Origin: an uncultured Candidatus Entotheonella sp.
Lineage (GTDB): Bacteria; Tectomicrobia; Entotheonellia; Entotheonellales; Entotheonellaceae
Assembly: GCA_965215335.1 (NCBI GenBank)
Contig: CBDCDA010000001.1
Coordinates: forward strand, 2,016,001 to 2,080,000
Direction: 5' to 3'
Length of the DNA: 64,000 nucleotides
Numbering within the stretch: the first letter of the stretch is position 1; the number at the start of each line of letters is the position of its first letter. This document shows positions 58,617-64,000 of the stretch, piece after piece. The notes below the pieces were generated by a model. That model was not told where the DNA came from, made no database searches, and saw nothing but the letters and a program-made list of their open reading frames with translations. The position numbers and the translations under genes are program-made.

Positions 58617-59405
58617 TCATCGCGATGGCAGGAAGGTGGACCCCGAAGCAACGAGGCGTTGCAGTTGCGGGGACAAGAGGGCGACGTCGAGAACCGGCTC
58701 GCCGGCAACGTCCTCGACCAGCGCCACCACCGCGTAGGTGAAGCGCAGGGACTGGGCCATTTGGCGCAGAAGGCTTGGCGACACGCCATTTTCCAGGGGG
58801 GTGTCGTGTTCGAGGGACCACAGGAGAATGCGGTTGGCGGTGACGACGCGGAAGCGTCCGTTGGCCTCGAGCGCCGCTTGCAGCGCCGTCGTCCAGCGCC
58901 CGTGCGGGAGACGCTGCGACGTCGTGTTGGCAACGGGCAAAACCCCCAAGGCCACCGGCCCCGAGGTGATGCGAACCTTGTCGCCGCGTCGTGCCTCGGT
59001 GCCGGGCAGCGCCAGCAATTGCGCCAGCGCGTAACGCTCGAAGACCTGCTCGACGGTAACGTAGCCGATAGCCTCCTCCAGCCGGTTGACCGCCTGCTCG
59101 GTATCGGTTTCAAGGGCGGTTTTCCGCGACCGGAGCAGGGTCAGTTGCAGTCCTGGCAGGAGATGATCGCGGGCTCCGAGGCTCAGGAAGACGGCGCCGC
59201 CTTCCACCTTGACCACCTCTCCGGTCACTTTGGGAAAATAGCGGGCAAGCTGCTCGGCCACGTCCGCAAAGACCGCTGCGTCGGATTGCGACCAGGCGCT
59301 GCCATAAGGCGCCAGCAACAGCAGCGCGAGGCACGGCAGCCATATGAGGCATCGCAGCGGTCTGTTCCGGTTCACAGCCTTGTCTCGGGTGGTGGCCACT
59401 GTCAT
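58617..59405 (-). CDS. Hypothetical exported protein (FlgT C-terminal-like beta domain)
   Basis: Signal-like LIWLPCLALLLLAPYGSAWS; GEVVKVEGGAVFLSLG, IG.V.VEQV...A.A, GDKVR; start uncertain. Confidence 0.65.
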   Translation of the reverse strand: MTVATTRDKAVNRNRPLRCLIWLPCLALLLLAPYGSAWSQSDAAVFADVAEQLARYFPKVTGEVVKVEGGAVFLSLGARDHLLPGLQLTLLRSRKTALETDTEQAVNRLEEAIGYVTVEQVFERYALAQLLALPGTEARRGDKVRITSGPVALGVLPVANTTSQRLPHGRWTTALQAALEANGRFRVVTANRILLWSLEHDTPLENGVSPSLLRQMAQSLRFTYAVVALVEDVAGEPVLDVALLSPQLQRLVASGSTFLPSR

Positions 59406-59515
59406 CTTCCCATCCTGATACGGGCTCGAAAACGGCGGCGAGCGTATCACCGCCACCGAGAGGGTGTCAACCGCTCGACCTCGGCCCGGTCTCCACCGCG
59501 CGGGGAGAACAATCT

Positions 59516-59938
59516 ATGCCCCTCCTGACCCGATACTTTCTCAAAACCGCCATGCTCTACTTCGTTGCAAGCTCATGTCTGGGCGGCTATCTGCTCATCG
59601 CGGTGGGTCTGCAACACAGCACGCCGCTGGTCCTGCAGCCGGTATACTGGCACATGCTGCTCGTCGGTTGGCTCCTGCAACTCATTTTCGGCGTCGCCTA
59701 CTGGATGTTCCCGCCCTTCGCCAAGGGGCAACCGCACCGCAACCCAGCGCTGGCATGGCTCACCTACGCGGCGCTGAACGTTGGCTTGCTGGTGCGGGTG
59801 ATCGTCGAACCCTGGCACGGCGTGTGGCCGCAACCGGGTCTGGGATGGCTGTTGGTGGGCTCGGCGGTGTTGCAGGTGGCAGCGGGGTGGACGTTTTTGA
59901 TCACCATCTGGTCGCGCATTCGCGGGCGGAGGCGTTGA
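59516..59938 (+). CDS. 4-TM membrane protein resembling a heme-copper oxidase subunit I fragment
   Basis: YWHMLLVGWLLQLIFGVAYWMFP, LNVGLLVR. Confidence 0.75.
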   Translation: MPLLTRYFLKTAMLYFVASSCLGGYLLIAVGLQHSTPLVLQPVYWHMLLVGWLLQLIFGVAYWMFPPFAKGQPHRNPALAWLTYAALNVGLLVRVIVEPWHGVWPQPGLGWLLVGSAVLQVAAGWTFLITIWSRIRGRRR

Positions 59939-59942
59939 AGGT

Positions 59943-60377
59943 ATGCCCAGGCTCAGCCGGTTCTTCCTGCGGGTCGGTTTTATCTGCCTGGCGGTCGGCA
60001 TGATGGCGGGTGGGTTGATCCTGGTGCAGAAGGGCACCGGCCGCTTCCCCGTCTTCTGGGTACTGCTGCCGGCGCACGTCTATCTCGTGCTGGTGGGCGG
60101 CGTGACGCAGTGCGCACTCGGGGTGAGCCACTGGATTCTGCCACGCCTGGGAGCGGGCAAAGGCCGCGGGAACACGGCGCTGGCATGGTCGAGCTACTGG
60201 GCGCTCAACACCGCCATCCTTCTGGTCGCCTTGCACCCGGCAGTCGAGGTTGCCTTGGGAGCACCCGCCGCCGGGGCGGCTTTCGTATGCGGCGGTATCC
60301 TGCAGGGCGCGGCCGCCGTCGCCTTCGCGCTGCACGCTTGGCCGCGCATTCGTCCCTCGCAGGTCAACCCTCGTTAG
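59943..60377 (+). CDS. Tandem paralog of the preceding 4-TM protein
   Basis: MP.L.R.FL shared N-terminus; AHVYLVLVGGVTQCALGVSHWILP, LN, WPRIR. Confidence 0.75.
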   Translation: MPRLSRFFLRVGFICLAVGMMAGGLILVQKGTGRFPVFWVLLPAHVYLVLVGGVTQCALGVSHWILPRLGAGKGRGNTALAWSSYWALNTAILLVALHPAVEVALGAPAAGAAFVCGGILQGAAAVAFALHAWPRIRPSQVNPR

Positions 60378-60554
60378 CCCACAGGACGGGTTGAAGCGAT
60401 GCCGGCAGGAGGCGACACATTGGGGGCACGGCTGGTGACTTGCCATCAGGGCGAAACGATGGACTCCGCGTCTCGACCTCACGACCCGAACGGACCGGGC
60501 ATGCCACCGCCTTTCGGCATCCGACCCTGCGAAGAAGCGGCGGGTTCTCGGTCA

Positions 60555-60915
60555 CCCGGCAGCTCTGGCGTTGGCCGGCCTTCTGTCCCTGGCGATTGCC
60601 ATCGGGGATCGGTCGTTTCGTTTATACGCCGATCTTGCCTTATATGACCGCAGGCTTGGGACTCGGCAAATCGGAAGCGGGCCTCATTGCATCGACCAAT
60701 TTCTGGGATACCTGCTGGGCGCCCTCGCAGCCGCCTGGAGAGCCGTGCCGGGCGACCCACGCTACTGGCTGCTCGGCGTTTTGGCGGTAGGCGGGCTCAG
60801 CACCGGCACCATGGCGTTGGCAACGAGCCCAGGCCCGTTCTTGCTTCGCGCCTTACGAGTGGTGCTGCCGGCGCGCTGGTGCTGGCGTCTTCATTGGTCA
60901 TGGACCGGTTCGTCA
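60555..60915 (+). pseudogene. YbfB/YjiJ family MFS transporter remnant
   Basis: [11 protein letters not shown] / [14 protein letters not shown]...AGLIASTNF / LGYLLGAL spread over shifting frames; truncated. Confidence 0.8.
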
Positions 60916-61908
60916 TCCGACCAGGCGTTCCAGGATGCGGGTGGTTTCGTCCGACGGCGCGTCTACCTGCACGGTGTGCATGTCGATTCCCGCTTCCGCC
61001 TGCGCTTCCAGGCGGTCCAGGCAGGCTTCCAGCGATGCGGCGAAAAAGAGGCTGTCGACGAGGTCGTCGGGCACCGCGGCGGTTCCGGCGGCGCGGCCGC
61101 CCTTGTCCCAGGCGGCGCGAATGGTCTGCACGGCGGCGCCATGGCCCAAGCGGGTGAGTTGCTCGCGGTAGTAATCGCCCATGTTGGTGACGTAAAACGC
61201 AATGTGGCTCTTGCCTTCCTGGCGATAGGCTTCGACGTTGCGGGTCACGGTGACGCTGCCCGGACTGCGCACGGTGATACTGCCGGGGTCGCGGCCCGCC
61301 GTCGACACCTGCTGGCGGAACGCCTTCACCTCCTGCCCGAGTTGCCCTAGCGGAATGAGAACCGGCATCCAGCCGTCGGCCAGCCGGGCGGTCTGGGCGA
61401 CGCTCTTGGGCGTCAGCGAGGCGATGAAAATCGGGATGTCAGCGCGCCGAGGCTCGAAGCGCAGCCGGAAGCCACGCTGCAGCGTGAACACCTTGCCCTC
61501 GTAGTGCAGCGGCTCCTGGGCGAGGATCATGCGGATAATCTCGATGTATTCACGCAGCCGCGTCAGGGACGGCTGGAAGGGCACCCCGTGCCAGTGCTCG
61601 ATAACGCGGTAGCCGCTGGTGCCGAGGCCGATCAGCATGCGCCCGTCACTCAGTTCGTCGAGGGTGGCGAAGTGCTGCGCCAGGGCCGCCGGGGTACGCG
61701 AGTAGGTGTTGACGATGCCACTGCCGAGCGTGATGCGCTTCGTTTCACGGGCCAGCACCGCCAGCATGGTGAAGCAATCGCGTCCCCACGCTTCCGGCAC
61801 CCACACCGTATCCACCCCCGCGTCGTCGGCCGCGCGCACCCGCGCAATGCCCTGTTCCCAGTCGAATGGCCCCTGCCAGTTAAACCCTACGGACAGCCGC
61901 CGTGCCAT
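60913..61908 (-). CDS. LLM class (F420-type) oxidoreductase
   Basis: VWVPEAWGRD, LGSGI....SRTPA, TLDELSDGR..IGLG.SG...IE.WHG, ADGW.P. Confidence 0.9.
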   Translation of the reverse strand: MARRLSVGFNWQGPFDWEQGIARVRAADDAGVDTVWVPEAWGRDCFTMLAVLARETKRITLGSGIVNTYSRTPAALAQHFATLDELSDGRMLIGLGTSGYRVIEHWHGVPFQPSLTRLREYIEIIRMILAQEPLHYEGKVFTLQRGFRLRFEPRRADIPIFIASLTPKSVAQTARLADGWMPVLIPLGQLGQEVKAFRQQVSTAGRDPGSITVRSPGSVTVTRNVEAYRQEGKSHIAFYVTNMGDYYREQLTRLGHGAAVQTIRAAWDKGGRAAGTAAVPDDLVDSLFFAASLEACLDRLEAQAEAGIDMHTVQVDAPSDETTRILERLVG

Positions 61909-61940
61909 GCGTTGCTCCTTGTCTGATTAAGGCTATTGAA

Positions 61941-62981
61941 TTATTGACCGTTGAGAATGCTGCACATGATATCGGCGGCCCGTTCCACCTGGTGGCGGCT
62001 GACGTCGAGGTGCGTCACCAGGCGCATGCCGTGGCGCCCCATGGCGAGGGCCATAACGCCGCGCTGCCACATCGCCACCGCCAGGCCGGGCGCGTCCACG
62101 CGCGCCTCGTCGGGGTCGAGTTGCAGGTAGATGATGTTGGTTTCCACGCCGGACGGCTCGACGCGCAAGCCGGGAGCGCCGCTGATGCGTTCGGCGAGCA
62201 GCTTGGCGTGCAGATGATCGTCGGCGAGGCGTTCGACGTTGTTCTCCAGCGCGTAGATGCCCGCGGCGGCCAGGATGCCGGCCTGGCGCATGCCACCGCC
62301 GAACATCTTGCGGTAGCGCTGCGCCTTGCGGATGACATCGTCGCTGGCGGCAATGACGGAGCCGACCGGCGCGCCCAGTCCCTTGGACAGGCACAGCGTG
62401 CACGAATCGAAATACCGGGTGATCTCGGTCGCCTGCAGGCCGGAGGCCACGGTGGCGTTCATCAGGCGGGCGCCGTCGAGGTGCATGACGAGCCCTTCGG
62501 CGCGGGCCACGTCGTGGATGTCCTTGACGCGGTCCATGGGATAGACGGTCCCGCCGCCGCGGTTGTGGGTATTTTCCAGCGACACCAGGCGGGTCGGGGC
62601 GTTATGCACGTCGTTGCCGTGGCGAATCACCCGCGCCACCTGCTCGGCGGACAGCACGCCGCGCTGACCGTCCAGCAGGTTGACCTGGACGCCGGACAGC
62701 GCCGCCAAACCGCCGGACTCGCTGTTGAACGGGTGGCTGGTACGCTCCATGATGATCTCGTCGCCGGGCTGCGTGTGCACCTTGATGGAGATCTGATTGG
62801 CCATGGTGCCGGAGGGCACGTACAGTGCCGCTTCCTTGCCCAGCACTTGCGCGGCGAGTTCCTGCAACCGGTTGACGGACGGGTCCTCGCCGAATACGTC
62901 GTCGCCGACCTCGGCCTCGGCCATGGCGCGGCGCATCTCCGGAGACGGTTTGCTAACGGTATCGCTGCGCAAATCGATCAT
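61941..62981 (-). CDS. ltaE: Low-specificity L-threonine aldolase
   Basis: [57 protein letters not shown]. Confidence 0.95.
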   Translation of the reverse strand: MIDLRSDTVSKPSPEMRRAMAEAEVGDDVFGEDPSVNRLQELAAQVLGKEAALYVPSGTMANQISIKVHTQPGDEIIMERTSHPFNSESGGLAALSGVQVNLLDGQRGVLSAEQVARVIRHGNDVHNAPTRLVSLENTHNRGGGTVYPMDRVKDIHDVARAEGLVMHLDGARLMNATVASGLQATEITRYFDSCTLCLSKGLGAPVGSVIAASDDVIRKAQRYRKMFGGGMRQAGILAAAGIYALENNVERLADDHLHAKLLAERISGAPGLRVEPSGVETNIIYLQLDPDEARVDAPGLAVAMWQRGVMALAMGRHGMRLVTHLDVSRHQVERAADIMCSILNGQ

Positions 62982-63829
62982 GAGCGCGCCTCCTCCTGCT
63001 GATGCCATTCACCGCTGAACACCTCCACGGCCGGACCGGTCATCAAGACCTGGTTGTCGCTCGTCTGCCATTCCAATTCCAGGGGACCGCCGAGCAGATG
63101 CGCGGTGACCCGCCGGTCCGTACGCCCGGTGAGGTGGCACGCCACCGCGGCGGCCGAGGCGCCGGTGCCGCAGGCGAGCGTTTCGCCGGAGCCGCGTTCC
63201 CAGACGCGCATGCTGAACGATTCCCGGTCGTGCACCTGGATGAACTCGGTGTTGACCCCCTCCGGGAACACGTCGTGGTGCTCGAAATGCGGCCCCCAGC
63301 GGGCCACGTCGAAGTTGTCAACGTCTTCCACGAACACCACGCAGTGCGGGTTGCCCATGGATACCGCGGTGACGTCGAAGCTGGTGCCGGCGACGAGGAG
63401 CGGTTCGTTAATGACTTCGCCCGGCCCGCCCTGCATGGGAATTTGCGCCCGTTGCAGACGGGGCTCGCCCATCTTGACGCACACCCTATCCACCGCGCCG
63501 TCGGCGACAAGCAGATCCAGGTTCAGAACGCCCGCCCGGGTCTCGACATCCAGGCTGGTGCGACGGACGATATCGTGATCGTAGACGTATTTGGCTACGC
63601 AGCGGATACCATTGCCGCACATTTGCGCCTCGCTGCCGTCGGCGTTGAACATGCGCATGCGGCAATCGGCTTTGTCGGAGGGCAGGATGAGGATCAGGCC
63701 ATCGGCGCCGATGCCGAAATGCCGATCGCTCACCGCCCGCGCAATCGCGGCGGGGTCGTCGACTTGTTCGTCGAAACCGTTGACGTACACGTAATCGTTA
63801 CCAAGTCCATGCATTTTGGTGAAGCGCAT
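62978..63829 (-). CDS. dapF: Diaminopimelate epimerase
   Basis: [49 protein letters not shown]. Confidence 0.96.
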   Translation of the reverse strand: MRFTKMHGLGNDYVYVNGFDEQVDDPAAIARAVSDRHFGIGADGLILILPSDKADCRMRMFNADGSEAQMCGNGIRCVAKYVYDHDIVRRTSLDVETRAGVLNLDLLVADGAVDRVCVKMGEPRLQRAQIPMQGGPGEVINEPLLVAGTSFDVTAVSMGNPHCVVFVEDVDNFDVARWGPHFEHHDVFPEGVNTEFIQVHDRESFSMRVWERGSGETLACGTGASAAAVACHLTGRTDRRVTAHLLGGPLELEWQTSDNQVLMTGPAVEVFSGEWHQQEEARS

Positions 63830-64000
63830 GCCACCATCCCCGCATCTGATGATCGTCTCGGAGGCCACTGGTCAAAGGACTGCGTGTTTCTCGGTCCCGG
63901 TACGGTGGCAAAACCCCGCACGGTTTGTCAAGCCGAGAATGGTTTGACTTCATGGTTTGACTTCATTGACGACACTCCATAACCTGCCGCCCCTATTTTC

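Overview
This is a GC-rich, gene-dense bacterial chromosomal window with about 60 intact CDS. I found no rRNA, tRNA or CRISPR array. The TonB receptor indicates a diderm. The mix of LLM oxidoreductases, MmgE/PrpD, AAA-PD-(D/E)XK, YVTN propeller and many remnants resembles an uncultured symbiont such as Ca. Tectomicrobia, but that is inference only. Housekeeping genes include the methylmalonyl-CoA mutase N-terminal subunit, rimI, tatD, tldD/tldE, cysQ, an isocitrate/isopropylmalate dehydrogenase, His6-type hisA, xseA-xseB-ispA-tlyA (no dxs), panC, cvpA, ltaE and dapF. A sigma70 promoter and cobalamin riboswitch precede a btuB-btuF-btuC-btuD operon, with a cobO remnant just upstream. The best candidate for an undescribed system is at 32970-37967 (minus strand). 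There a secreted AHL-lactonase-like metallo-beta-lactamase is followed by a GldA/GldF/GldG-like ABC module and a DUF4340-like protein, and both extracytoplasmic partners carry His-rich inserts. This suggests a dedicated periplasmic metal-loading or maturation machine. About nine gene remnants point to ongoing erosion, many of them defence or mobile genes: two IS5, Zn-ADH, cobO, NYN, DNA methyltransferase, a TA pair, a NucS-like nuclease and a YbfB-like MFS. All family calls come from motif recognition by eye, not database searches.
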